From the human T2T-CHM13v2.0 reference genome, Homo sapiens: 64,000 bases of DNA. The stretch is from the NCBI RefSeq assembly GCF_009914755.1, contig NC_060947.1; one strand, given 5' to 3'. Positions 42,401-55,900 of this stretch are shown here, in pieces; within the stretch, counting starts at the first letter, position 1, and each line of letters begins with the position of its first letter. A program made the position numbers and the translations under genes. Below the pieces are notes generated by a model. The model saw nothing but the letters and a program-made list of their open reading frames with translations, had not been told where the DNA came from and made no database searches.

Positions 42401-44521
42401 ATGGAAATAACTAAGTGGCTTTTGATTTTACAGGCTCTTAGGCAGAAGAGACTTGCCTTGTCTCAGATGCAACTTTGGACTTGGATTTTTGGGTTAATGC
42501 TGGAATGATTTAAGACTTTGGGGTACTGTTGGGAAGGCATGATTGGTTTTGAAATGTAAAAGGGACATGAGTTTGGGAGGGTCCAGGGACAGAATGATAT
42601 GGTTAACCTTCATGTCCCCACCTGAATCTCATCTTAAATTGTAATCCCCAGGTGTTGAAGAAGTGACTTTATGGGAGGCGATTAGATTATGGAGGTGGTT
42701 TCCCCCATGCTGTTCTCATTATAGTGAGTGAGTTCTCATGAGATCTGATGCTTTCATAAGGGGCTCTTTCCCCTTTGCTTCCTAAACACATGCTCTCTCA
42801 CATGCTACTGTTAGATATGCTTGCTTCTTCTGCCATGATTGTAAGTTTCCTGAGGCCTCCCCAGACATGTGGAATTTTGAGTCAATTAAATCTTTTTCCT
42901 TTATAAATTACTCAGTCTTGGGTATTTCTTTATAGCAGTATGAGAACAGACTAATACAGTCATTAATCACTTAGAATTTATTTTTATATATGATTAGAGG
43001 TAGGGGTCTAGTCTCATTCTTCTGCATATAAATATTCAGTTTTTCCAGCACTATTTATTGAAGAGATTATCTTTTCTCCAATCTATATTCTTGGAAACTT
43101 TGTTGAAAATGAGTTGACTGTAGATACATAAATTTACTTCTATAATTTCTATTCTGTTCCATTGGTCTATATGTCTGTTTCTTATGCCAGTACCATGCTA
43201 CTTTATTTACTATAAATTTTTAGTAGGATTTGAAATCAGGTAGTGTGATACCTATAGCTTTGTTCTTTTTGTACAACATTGCTGTGTCTATTTGGGGATT
43301 TTTGTAGTTACATATGACTTTTAGGATTTTTTTCTAGTTCTTTGAAAAATTATATATTGATGTAGATTGCATTAAACCTATATATTGCTTTGGGTAGTAT
43401 GACCATTATAACAGTATTAATTCTTCCAATACATCAACATAAGATATCTTTCTGTTTGTGTCTTTAATTTCTTTCATCAATGTTTTATAGTTTCCAGTAT
43501 AGAGATTTTTTCAACACTTTTGTTGAATTTATTTCTCAATATATTATTTTTTTGTAGCTATTGTAAATGAAATTGCTTTATTTCTTTTCCTGAGTATTCT
43601 CTATTAATAGAAATGCTACTAAATTTGTATATTGATTCATATCTTATGACTTTACATACTTTATTACTTATTACAGTTTTTTGGAGAAACATTTAATGTT
43701 TTCTATATATAAGATTACATCGTCTACAAACAGAGACAATTTAACTTTATCCCTTATAGTTAAAATGTCTTTTTTTTTTCTTGCCTAGTTGCTCTGGCTA
43801 GGACTTCCAGTACTATGTGTAATAAGAGTGGTAAAAGTGGTCACCCTTGTCATGTTTTAGATCTTAGAAAAAAAGGTTTCAGCTTTTCCTTGTTTAGTAT
43901 AATGTTAACTGTGGGTTTTTCATATATAACCTGTATTATGTTGTGGTATAAAACATCTATATATAAATTTTTAAGAGGTTTTATTAGAAAGGGATGTTGA
44001 GTTTTGTCAAATACTTTTCCTGCATCTATTGAAATAATCATATGGCCTTTGTCTTTCTTTTTGTTAATGTCATGTATTATGTTTATTAATTTGCACATGT
44101 TGAAGCATCCATGCATGCCTTGGATGAATGCCATTTAATGATATTAAATCATCTTAAAGATGTGCACTGAAAATTTGTTTGCTTGTATCTCGATGAGAAT
44201 TTTTACATCTATGTTCATTATAAATATTGGTCTGTAGTTTTCTTTTTTTGTTGTTGTTGTATTCATGTTAGGTTTTGGAATTAGGGTAATGCTGGCCTCC
44301 TAGAATGAATTTATAAGTATTTATTCATCTTCAATTTTTTGTAAAAGTTTGAGAAGAGCTTTATTAGGTCTTCTTGAAATGTTTAGTAGTTTGAGCTTTG
44401 AAGCCATGATTTCCTGAGTTTGTTTTTTGATGGGACACGTTTTATTACTAATTTCATGTTCTCACTTTTATCAGCCAGTTTGGATTTTGTATACTTGAAT
44501 AACTTAAGCTTGCTAGGTTTA
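39488..44521 (-). mobile_element. L1MA-type 3' UTR and ORF2, interrupted by THE1D
   Basis: Minus ORF 43850-44134 ([33 protein letters not shown]) is L1 RT. Confidence 0.85.
40681..42958 (+). mobile_element. Full-length THE1 (THE1D-like) MaLR: LTR 40681-41065, int 41066-42594, LTR 42595-42958
   Basis: Paired LTRs ending CTAATACA, ~1.5-kb internal region, perfect 5-bp TSD gtcat (40676-40680 and 42959-42963). Confidence 0.95.
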
Positions 44522-45126
44522 TGTGTTAGTCAATTTTCATTGCTATAAAATAAGGCCTGAAGCTGGGTAATTTATTAAAAAAAGAGATTTATTTTGGCTC
44601 ATGATTCTACAGACTACACAGAAAGCGTGAAACCAGCATCTGCTTCTGGTGAGGTCTCAGGAAGCTTCCAAGCATGGCAGAAGACAAAGGGAGATTCAGA
44701 ACATCAGATTACAAGAAAGGAAGAAATGAAGGGAGTGGTCACACTTTTTTAAACAACAATATCTCACATGAACTCAGAGAAATAAATCACTCACTACTGC
44801 AAAGAAGGCACCAGGCCATTCTTGAGTGACTTGCTTAAATCACCCCAACACCTCCCACAAGGCCCCAACTTCAACATTAGCGATGACATTTCAGCATGAG
44901 ATTTGGGTGGGACAAACATTAAAACTATATTATTCTGCCCTGTTGCCCAAAATCTTATATCCTTCTTACATTTTAAAATAAAATCATTTTTTTCTGATAG
45001 TCTGTAAAAGGCTTAACTCGTTCTAGCATTAAGTCAAAGTCCAAAGTCCAAAGTTTTACCTGAAACTCAAGATGTGTTCCTTTCACCCATGAGCCTGTAA
45101 TATCAATACCAAGTTTTTTACTTTCA
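44522..45126 (-). mobile_element. MST (MSTB-like) 3' LTR 44522-44932 plus truncated internal stub
   Basis: tgtgttagtc...gagatttgggtgggacaaacattaaaactatatta followed by the MaLR-int 3' end. Confidence 0.85.
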
Positions 45127-47112
45127 GCTGTTCACTGAGGATATGGTTGAAAATCTAGAAAACCCCAAAGACCCATCAAAAAATCTAGACTTGATAAATG
45201 AATTCAGTGAAGTTCTAGTATACAAAATCAATGTACACAAATCAGTAACACTGCTATACACCAATAGCGACCAAGCTGAGAATCAGATCAAGAACTCAAC
45301 GCCTTTTATAACCACTGGAAAATAAAATAAAATACTTAGGAAGATACCTAACCAGAGAAATGAAAGATCTCTACAAGGAAAACTTCAAAACACTGCTGAA
45401 AGATATCATAGATGACACAAACAAATAGAAACACATCCCATGCTCATGAATGTGTATGATCAATACTGTTAAAATCACAATACTGCCAAAAGCAATCTAT
45501 AAATTCAATGCAATTCCCATCAAAACACCATCACCATTTTTTACAGAACTAGAAAAACAATCCTAAAATTTATATAGAACAGAAAAGATGCTGCATAGCC
45601 AAAGCAAGACTAAGTGAAAATAACAAATCTGGAAACATCATATTACTCAAGTTAAAACTATATTACAAGGCTATAGTTACCAAAACAGCATGGTACTGGT
45701 ATAAAACCAGGCACATAGATCAATGGAACAGAATAGAAAACCAAGAAATAAAGCCCATACTTACAGCCAACTGACCTTCAAAAAGCAAGCAAAAACATAA
45801 AGTGGGGTAAGAACTTCCTGTACAACAAATGATGCTGGGATAATTAGCATGCCACATGTAGAAGAATGAAAATGAATCCTCACCTTTCACCTTATACAAA
45901 AATCAACTCAAGATGGGTCAAAGACTCAAATCTAAGACCTGAAACCCTACAAATTCTAGAAGATAACATTGTAAAAACATTTCTAGACATTGGCTTAGGC
46001 AAAGAGTTTATGACCAAAAACCCAAAAACAAATGTAGAAGAAACAAAGATAAATAGATAGGACTTAATTAAACTAAAAAGCTTCTGCACAGCCAAAGAAA
46101 TAATCAGCAGAGTAAACAGATAACCCACAGAGTGGGATGAAATATTTGCGAGGTATGCATCTGACAAAGGACTAATATCCAGAATCTAAAATGATCTCAA
46201 AGGAATCAGTATGAGAAAAATAAATAATCCCATTAAAAAGTGGTTTAAGGACATGAATAGGTAGTTCTCAAAAGGAGATATACAAATGGCCAACAAACAT
46301 TTGAAAAAAAGCGCTCAACATTACTAATTATCAGGGAAATGGAAATCAAAACCACTATGTGATGCCACCTTACTCCTGCAGGAAAGGCCATAATTTAAAA
46401 ATAAAAAAATAATAGATGTTGGCATGGATGTGGTGAAAAGGGGACACATTCCCACTGCTGGTAGGAATGTAAACTAAAACTAGTACAACCACTATGGAAA
46501 ACAGTATGGGATTCCTTAAAGAACTAAAGGTAGAATTACCATTTGATCCAGCAATCCCACTACTGGGTATCTACCCAGAGAAAAAGAACTTATTATATGA
46601 AAAAGACACTTGCACATGCATGTTTACAACAGCACAATTCGCAATTGCAAAATTATGGAACCAGCCTAAATGCTCATCAACCAATGGGTGGATAAAATAA
46701 ATATTATATAAATATATACACACACGTGTATATTCCACATACCATGGAATACTACTAAGCCATAAAAGGGAAGGAAATAATGGCATTTGCCACAACCTGG
46801 ATGGAGTTGGAGACCATTATCCTAAGTGAAGTAACTCACAAATGTAAAACCAAACATTGTATGTTATTTATAAGTAGGAGCTAAGCTATGAGGATGCAAA
46901 GATGTAAGAATGATCTAATGGACTGCAGAGACTTTGGGCAACGTGTAGGAGGGTGAGCAATAAAAACACTACACATTCGGTGCAGTGTACACTGCTTGGG
47001 TGATGAGTGCACCAAAATCTCAGAAATCACACCTAAAGAACTTGTCCGTGTAATGAAACACCACCTGTTTTCCAAAAATTAAGTAATAATAATAATAAAA
47101 TTAATCAAAAAA
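45127..47112 (+). mobile_element. 5'-truncated L1PB1
   Basis: ORF2 from the FADD region onward; PB1 3' UTR cagtgtacactgcttgggtgatg...aaaatctcagaaatcac; A-rich tail. Confidence 0.9.
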
Positions 47113-49700
47113 GGTTAATATTGATAGATGAGTAGTTACTCCTGCCATTTTGTTAGTTGCTTTCTTGTAGTTTTGTATTTTTTTTCTTTCTTATTATTTT
47201 CCTTTGTGATTTGGTTGTTTTCTGTAGTTCTAAGATTTGTTTCCTGTATCTTTCTTATTTATTTTTTATCGCTGTAATTTCAATCTATGCGTTACCATGA
47301 TGCTAATATAATCTTATAGTCAGAGTAGACTATTTTATGCTGATAACAACTTTACTTCAGTCACATAAAAATATTCTAGACTTTGTTCCCTCCCCTCAAC
47401 AACTTGAATATTTTTTGCCTTAATTTATCTTTTTGTATTTTTTGTGTGTTTCTTAGCCACTAATTTTAGTTGTTGATTTTTTATCTTTTTGACTTTTGAC
47501 CTTTATCCTAGTGAATTGAAAGATTTACATGGAATTATTACACTACTGTGGTATTCTGATTACACTTATAAATTTACCTATACTAGTGTGTTTTATACTT
47601 TCACTTGTCTTCTTAGTAGGTATTCTCATCATTTTGTTTGTAGTTGTAGCACTCTTTTAAGCATTTCTTGTAAAGCTGGTCTAGTGGTGATGAGTCTCTT
47701 CAGTATGTGCTTGTCTGGTAAGGTTTCTATTTCTCCTTCATTTCCATCAGATAGTTTTGTTGGAAATAGTATTCTTGGCTGATCTTTTCATTCCAGCACT
47801 TTAAATATATCATTTTATTCTCTCCTGGCCATCCAGGTTTCTGCTAAGAAATCTTTGGATAGTCTATTGGTGACTTTCTTATGTGTCACTTGACATTTTT
47901 TTCTTGCAGCTTTTGAAATTCTTTCTTTTTCTTTGACTTTTGACAGTTTGATTATAAGGTACCCAAGAGATAATTTTTTTGGGTTGAATCTCATCGACAT
48001 TTGAGATTCTTGGTGCTGGATGTCAATATCTCTCTCAAAACTTGAAAAGTTATTAGCTATTACTTTGTTAAATATGTTTTCAATGTCTTTCTCCAGGTCT
48101 TCTTTTTCTGACATTGCAATAGTGCAAAAATTTTGTTTGCTTAATGGTCTTTCTTAAGTTCCTTAGATGTTTTTCATTTCTTAAATTCCTACTGCTTTTT
48201 TTTCTCTGACTGGGTAATTTCAAAATGTATCTTCAAATTTAGAATTTTTCTTTTTTCATTTGATCTAATCTGTTGTTGCAGCTCTCAACTGTATTTTTAT
48301 TTTATTTATTGAAATCTTCAGTTCCAATATTTCTCTGTTTCTTTTTAGTAATATCTACCTCTTTGTTGAATTTTTCATTCATACAATTTTTTCTTAGATT
48401 TTATCAAATTGTTTGTATTCTCTTGTATCTTAGTGAGGTTTTCTAAGATCATTATTTTGACCATTTTCAGGCATTTTCTAAACATCCTTTTTTGGGGGCA
48501 GGCTTCTATTGAACACTTATTTTGGTTTTTGGGGGGTGTTATATTTCCTTGCTTTTTATGTTTCTCATATTCCTAATTTGAAATTTGCATATCTAGTGGG
48601 GCATTTACTTTTCTTTCCCATGTTATGGAGTAGCTGTCATAAGAAGAGGCTTTTTCCTGTATATAGATCATAAGATGTCAGTTGTAAATGATGCACTGGC
48701 TTTCTTTCTGAATGGATTCAGTAACATGGTCTCCATACAGATTCTTCAGCTATAATCTTCATGTGTAATGTGGAAGTTTGTAATGTAGTGTTGTGGTTTT
48801 GCTTGCAGCAGGGGCCCTGGTTGATTGTCAAGCCAGGTATCTGTGAGTACAGCAGAATGGCAGACTGTGTGGTGGGCTCTCTGGAAGATTAGGATCAGAG
48901 ACAGGCTGGTTGTCATGCTGCAGGCAGAGGAACATGGGTTGGGTAGCTCCCCAGGCACTCTCCACTGGAATAGGACCAGCTCCAGGCTGACTGGTGCTAG
49001 AGACAGCTGTGTGTTGGGCCAGGCAGCCTGAGGATGCCTGTGTGTTCCTTTATGGATAGTGTGCCTCACAGTTTCAGGTGTTGGGGTTTTAGTCATTTCT
49101 TTAGGCATAGGTTCTGGGCAACTGGCGTATTGTTGCTGCAGGCACTCATGTGAACACAGTGAAATGATGGTGGGACCTGAAGGATGAAGAGTGAAGAGCT
49201 ACTGGCCTCAAGGGCAGAACTTACTCCAGATGTGTGTTTAGTCTTAAGAAGGTGCCGTATAGTAGGAGCTTAGGTTTTGGAAGTAGGGGGTGCCCAGGGG
49301 ATTTCTACTCTTGGATTTTGCAGTCACAGAGACTCCTGGCAAATTTCCACATTGGAATTGGGGTCTTTGAGGACTGGGGGACCCTTCTATATCAATAACG
49401 TCTGGCATCCATGATGGTGTTTGGCACCATCAATGTTATCCAACATACTTTTCCCAACAATAAGTTGTTCCTGGTTCTGAGCCAACTTGGCAAAGGAGAC
49501 TGTGTGACAGAGGCAAGATGCCTCACTACCCTTTCTATAGTGAAATCCTGGTCTTCTATGCTCCATAGGGTCCTCATTTCCCTGATGATTTCCAGGCTAT
49601 TTCCTCTGTCACTGCAGTCAAAATATAGTTGTTAATCTGTTGTTTTGGTCACTTTTTGTTGGGAAGCTGAGCAGCGGACAACTCTAGTTGACTGTTGACA
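47113..49700 (-). mobile_element. L1MA inter-ORF region, ORF1 and 5' UTR (5' half of 39488-44521)
   Basis: Minus ORF 47815-48114 (IIKLSKVKEKERISKAARKKCQVT) is L1 ORF1. Confidence 0.8.
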
Positions 49701-50099
49701 TCATTCAAGTCATATATAATTTTTTTACTTTCTTGATGGTGTCATTTTTGGCACAAAACGTTTACATTTTAATTAAGTCAAATTCATCCAGTTTTTCTTT
49801 TTTTGCTTATATTTATATTTCAGCAGTCATATTTAAGAAACTGCTGCCTTACCCAAGGTCAGAATATTTTCATTCAAAAATTTTATAATTATATCCCTTA
49901 TATTTACACCTTCAATCTACTTTCAGGTAATTTTTGTATCTGGTGTAAAAATGTCAACCTTATTCTTTCTTCAGCTGCCTCACATCCTTTGATGAAAAGA
50001 CTGGTGTATTTTTATTACATTTTCCTGGTTACCTTTTTAAAAAATCAATTGATGATAAACGTAAGGGTTTATTTCTGGATACTAAAATCTAACTTAATT

Positions 50100-50400
50100 A
50101 ATCTCAACAGTCTCTCCTGCTGTGTATACATAAGCAATTTGAAGAAAATTGAGACCAAGCTGGAGGAGATCCATGCTCAAGCAGGATGGTACTTCTCTGT
50201 AAACTCTCAGTCTTAGTTAGACTCATTCTTTAACCATTTTAGCTGCCTAAACACCAACACCTGGGGCTTCTGGCAAAGAACTATACTTCTTGAAGGCCTG
50301 ATCATCCTCCTTTGACCGATCCTGTTAGTGACTCTGATCAAGTGCTGTCCAATTGGGCAGGGAGACTCTACAAGCAAGTCACTACCATTGAAATTATTCA
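50100..50400 (+). pseudogene. env: Retroviral env TM remnant
   Basis: Frame reads NSLSCCVYISNLKKIETKLEEIHAQAGW..S*LDSFFNHFSCLNTNTWGFWQRTILLEGLIILL*PILLVTLIKCC: CC motif, heptad, Trp-rich segment, hydrophobic anchor. Confidence 0.75.
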
Positions 50401-50506
50401 CAGACCACATTGGACACACAGGCATCTCATATTCGGGGTGTCTGTTAGTCCTATCCTGTATGATGTGCTTTGTTCTTTCTTCATGGCATCCCAATATTGG
50501 ATGGGG

Positions 50507-51085
50507 TGTTGAAGAAGCAGTCATTATGTGACATACTTCCTGTCTTTTAGATTGTTCAGTCAACGGCCTGAGTCTGGAACATTCCCCTCTATGGAAGCTA
50601 GGACCAAGCTGTCTCTTGGCCCCTGAGTCTTTTTTTCTTATTAAAAGTGAAGCTTCTTCTGTTCTTAGTACACAGCACATTTTTTTGTGTGTGTTGCTTA
50701 AGTGTGCACATCATATGGCACTTGACCAGTCCCTCCAGTATATATGTCCCCACATGGGAAAGAAACAAGGTAATTACCTGCTGCATAAGAGGGGAGTGTG
50801 TGGTCTATTGTTCTGTGAAGTCTGTCAGCAGCAACCCACTGGCCATGGGAGACCAGCACATAGTACAGACCGTGATCTTGCTATGTGTTTTTTTCTATTC
50901 TGTGAGTAATGTGTTGTTCCAGCTAGTGCCTTGTGTGTTGAGTCCTTTTTGGTGACTTTGAACCTGTAGAAGATGCAGTGGTCTGAGATCCGTGGCTTAC
51001 TTCTGGTGGTTGGCATTGTCATCCTTGTTCTCTATGTGCTGAGAGTCCTTGCTTGGGATTGGTTGCTGGGTCTTCTTGATGGACA
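50507..51085 (+). mobile_element. ERVL-class-like 3' LTR (MER70/LTR53-like; family uncertain)
   Basis: Purine tract ggatgggg then TGTTGAAGAAGCAGTCATT...GGACA; directly downstream of the env remnant. Confidence 0.6.
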
Positions 51086-51095
51086 TATTCTATTT

Positions 51096-51815
51096 ATTGA
51101 AAAAATAATTCTGAAAGCAAATGATCTTAAATACCTAAATTAATTCTGAAAAAGAAAAACTAAACTAGAATACTCACATTACTCAATTTTGTGACTAATA
51201 ATAAAGTTACAGTACCAAGAGTGTTGTATAGAAAAAGGATACAAACACTGATAAATGAAACAATATTGAAAACAGATATAGACTCACACAAATATGCTCA
51301 ACTGACTTTTGGAAAGAATACAAGAGCAATTAAAGAAAAAATTGTTTTTTGAACAAATGGTACTGAAAGAATCAGACATCATTAAAGAAAAAGATAAAAT
51401 ATGGAAAAAATTTAAAAAATCAAAGATACAGACTTTACATCTTACCAAAAAAAAATGCAAAATAGATAACACACCCAAATGTTAAATGTAAAAGTATAAA
51501 ATTTCTAGATGAAAATCTAGGAATAAATTTGTGTGATTTTGAGATTGTTGGTAAAATTCTATATGCAAGACCAAATGCACAATCCATGACAAGTTACTTT
51601 TATGAGTTGGACTTAATAAAATTATAACCTTTTTTCTCTCTGACAGTCACTATTAAGAGGATGAAAAGATAAGTCACAGACTTGAAAAAACTATCTGGAA
51701 ATAGTGTTTCTAAAAAAAACTTCTATCTGGGATATGCAAAGAATACTTAAAACTTATAAAAAGAAACACATTTTAATGGGCAAAAGATCTTGACAGACAC
51801 ATCGTGAGGTAATAA
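51096..51815 (+). mobile_element. Old L1M ORF2 fragment
   Basis: A-rich sense L1 motifs (caactgacttttggaaag, aatgggcaaaagatcttgacagacac). Confidence 0.7.
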
Positions 51816-52166
51816 CATGATGACAGGATCGTCTTTACATATCAATATTAACACTGAACATAAATGAGCTAAATGCTTCAATTAAGAGTCACAAAGTAGT
51901 CAAGTTTAATGAAGAAGCAATGCCCAACTGTACACTGTCTTCAAGAGACTCATGTCATATGTAAGGACATACATAGACTCAAAGTAATGGGATGGAGAAA
52001 GATCTATCAAGCAAATGGAAAACAAAAAACTAAGGGGGATTGCTATTCTTATTTCACGCAAAGCAGACTTCAAACCAACAATGATCAAAAAGAACAAAGA
52101 AGGGCATGACATAATGATAAAGAATTAAATTCAACAAGAAATTATATATATATATATTTATATATA

Positions 52167-52226
52167 TGTTTTATGAATGTCTAGTGTTGGGTATATATAT
52201 ACCCAACACTAGACATTCATAAAACA
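52167..52226. repeat. Perfect 60-bp palindrome
   Basis: tgttttatgaatgtctagtgttggg-tatatatata-cccaacactagacattcataaaaca. Confidence 0.97.
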
Positions 52227-52832
52227 AGTTCATAGAGACATAGGAAGAGACAAATAAACACACAATAAGTGTGGGAGAATTCAAAACCCCACTGACAGTA
52301 CTGGACAGATCATCAAGACAGAATACTAACAAAGATACTCAGGACCTAAATTCAACACTTGACCAAATGGACATAACAGATATCTACAGAACACTCCACC
52401 CAACAAAAACAGAATATACATTCTTCTCATCTGCACATGGCAGATATACTAAAATTGACCACAGATTTGGCTAGAAGGTAATTCTCAACACATTGAACAT
52501 ACCAAAATTATACCAACCACACTTACAGACCACAGGATAACAACAATAGAAATCAATACCAAGAACATTTCTCAAAACCACACAATTACAGGGAAATGGA
52601 ACAATCTGCTTTGGAAGAAGTTTTGGGAAAACAACGAAATAAAGGCAGAAATTAAGAAATTATTAAAAACTAATAAAAATAAAGACACAGCATACTAGAA
52701 TCTCTTGGACAAAGATAAAGCAGTGTTCACAAGAAAGATTATAGTGCTAAAGACCCACATCAAAAAGATCTCAAATTAACAACCTAACAGCACACCTAGT
52801 GGAACCAGAAAAACAAGAGCAAATTAACTGTA

Positions 52833-52967
52833 TATTTTTGTATTTTTAGTAGAGACAGGATTTCACCATGCTGGCCAGGCTGATCTCAAACTCCTGACCT
52901 CAAGTGATTCACCCACATCAACCTCCCAAAGTGCTGGGATTAGAGGTGGGAGCCACTGCGCCCAGCT
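52833..52967 (-). mobile_element. AluS left monomer only
   Basis: tttttgtatttttagtagagac...actgcgcccagct; no right arm, no tail, no TSD. Confidence 0.9.
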
Positions 52968-55900
52968 AGAACATAATTTCTGAAAAGAAATAATCAAAAT
53001 CAGAGCTGAAGTGAATAAAATGCAGATAAAAAAGCCATAAAGATCAATGAAACCAAAAATTGTCTCTTTGATAGAATAAATAAGATTGATAGATCACTAG
53101 CTAGATTTATAAAGAAAAAGCAAGAGACAATCCAAATAAACACAATCAGAAATGACAAAGTGAATATTAACATTAACCTCACAGAAACACCAAAAAACCT
53201 CTGAGAGACTATTATGAACATCTCTATGCGCAAAAAGTAGAAAACATAAAAGAAGTGGATAAATTCCTGGAAATACAAAACATCCCAAGATCAAACTAGG
53301 AAGAAATTGGAACTCTGAACAGACTGATATCAAGTTACAAAATATAATTAGTAATGAAAAACCTACCTACCAGAAACAGTCCTGGACCAGATGGATTCAC
53401 AGCTGAATCTTATTAATATCAGTTGTATAAAGAAGAGCTGGTATTAATTCTACTGAAACTATTCCACAAAATTTAGGAGGAAGGATTCCTGCTTTACTCA
53501 TTCTATGAGGCCAGTATCATTTTGATATCATAACCCGGCAGAGACACAACAAGAAAAGAAAACTTCAGGGTAATATCCCTAATAAACCTAGATGCAAAAA
53601 TCCTCTATCAAATACTAGCAAACCAAATCCAACAGCCTATCAAAAACTAAAACACCAGGATCAAGTAGGCTTTATTCCTATGATGCAAGGTTTATTCAAA
53701 ATATGCAAATCAATAAATGTGATTTATCACATAATCAGTACTAAAAACAAAAACCACATGATTATCTCAATAGATGCAGAAAAGGCTTTTGATAAAATTC
53801 CACATCCCTTCATGTAAAAACCCTCAACAATCTAGGTATTGAAAATACATACCTCAAAACATTGAGTCATCTATGACAAACCAACAGCCAGTATCATACT
53901 GGATGGGTAAAAGCTGGAAGCATTCCCCATTGAGAACCAGAAGAAGAGAAGAATGCCCAGTCTCACTGTTCCTTTTCAACATAGTACTAAAATTCCTAGC
54001 CAGAACAATCAGGCCAGACAAGCAAATACAAGGCGTACAGGCAGAAAGAGAGGAATTTGAACTATCTCTCTTTCCAGAGGATATGATTCTACACCTAAAA
54101 AACCCCATAGTCTCTGCTCAAAGGCTCTTACATCACATAAACAACTTCAGTAAAGTTTCAGGATACAAAATCATGTCCATAACTCAGTAGTATATCTATA
54201 CACCAATAACTTCCAAGCCTAGAGCCAAATCAAGAACACAATCCCATTCATGATAGCCACAAAAAGAAAAAAAATATATATCTAGGAATACAGCTAACCA
54301 GACAGCTGAAAGATCTCTACAGCAAGAATTACAAAACACTGCTGAAAATAATCAGAGATGCAGAGATGACACAAACAAATGGGAAAACATTCCATGCTGA
54401 TGGATAGGAAGAAACAATATTGTTAAAATTGCCATACTACTCAAAGCAATGTAAAGATTTAATGCTCTTTTTATCAAATTACCAGTGACATTTTTCACAG
54501 GATTAGAAAAAAATTAAAATTTATTTAGAACCAAAACAGAGCCAGAATATGCAAACCAATTCTAAGCAATAAGAACAAAGATGGAGGCATCTCACTACCT
54601 GATGTCAAAATATATTTCAAGGCTACAGTAACTAAAACATGGTACTGGTACAAAAAGAGACATATAGACCAATGGAACAGGTTGGAAAACCAGGAAATAA
54701 AGCACATCTACAACCATCTCAACTTCAACAAAGCCAACAATAACAAGCAATGGGGAAAAGACTCCCTATTCAATGTATGGTGCTGAGATAACTGGCTAGC
54801 CATATACAGAAGATTGAAACTGGATGCCTACCTTTCACCATATACAAAAATCAACTCAAAGTGGATAAAACACTTCAATGTTAAACATACAACTATAAAA
54901 ATCAAAGAAGAAAGCCTAGGAAACATCATGCTGGACATAGGACCTAGCAAAGTCTTCATGATGAAAACTGTAAAAACAATTGCAACAAAACCAAAAATAA
55001 AGTGGGATCTAATTAAACTAAAAAACTTTTGCAAAGCAGAAGAGACTATTAGAGTAAATAGGCAACCCACATAATGGGAGAAAATATTTGCAAACTGTGA
55101 ATCAAACAAAGGTCCAATAACCAGAATCTATAAGGAACTTAAACAAGGAAAAATCAAACAACCCCATTAAAAAATGGACAAAGTTTATGAACATACACTT
55201 CTCAAGATAAAGCATATATGTGCCCAACACACATATGGACACATGCTCGACATCGCTAATCAGTAGGAAAATGCAAATCTAAATCACAATGAGATAGCTT
55301 CTCACACTAGTCAGAATGGTTATTTTTTTAATGTCAAAACAACAGATGCTGGCAAAGTTACAGAGAAATGGAAATGCTTATACATTGCTAATGGGAGTGT
55401 AAATTACTTCAGCCACTGTGGAAAGCAGTTGAAGATTTCTCAAGACTTAAAATAGAAATATCATTCTACAATAGTAGTTGTAGAATGCAATCCCATTATA
55501 TACCCAAGGGAATATAAATTGTTCCATCATAAAGATACATGTACTAGTATGTTCATTGCAGCACTATTCACAATAGTAAAGACAAGGAATCAAACTAGAT
55601 GCCCATCAATGGCTGACTGGATAAAGTAAATGTGATATATATATCTCCCATGGAATACTACACAGCCACAAAAAGAATGAGATTATGTCCTTTGCAGCAA
55701 GACAGATGGAGGTGGAGGCCAGTATCAGAGGCAAATTAATGCAGAAACAGAAAACCAAATACCATCTGTTCTCACTTATAGGGTCGGGGGCTAAATAGTG
55801 AATATACATGGACACAAAGAAGAGAATAGACACTGGGGCCTACTTGAGGGTGGAGTATGGGAAGAGGATGAGTATTTAAACACTATCTATCATGTATTAT

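Noticed and set aside
50213-50680. 155-aa minus-strand ORF as a processed pseudogene
   Set aside because: It is antisense to the env remnant and LTR; no poly-A or TSD, and no recognisable protein.
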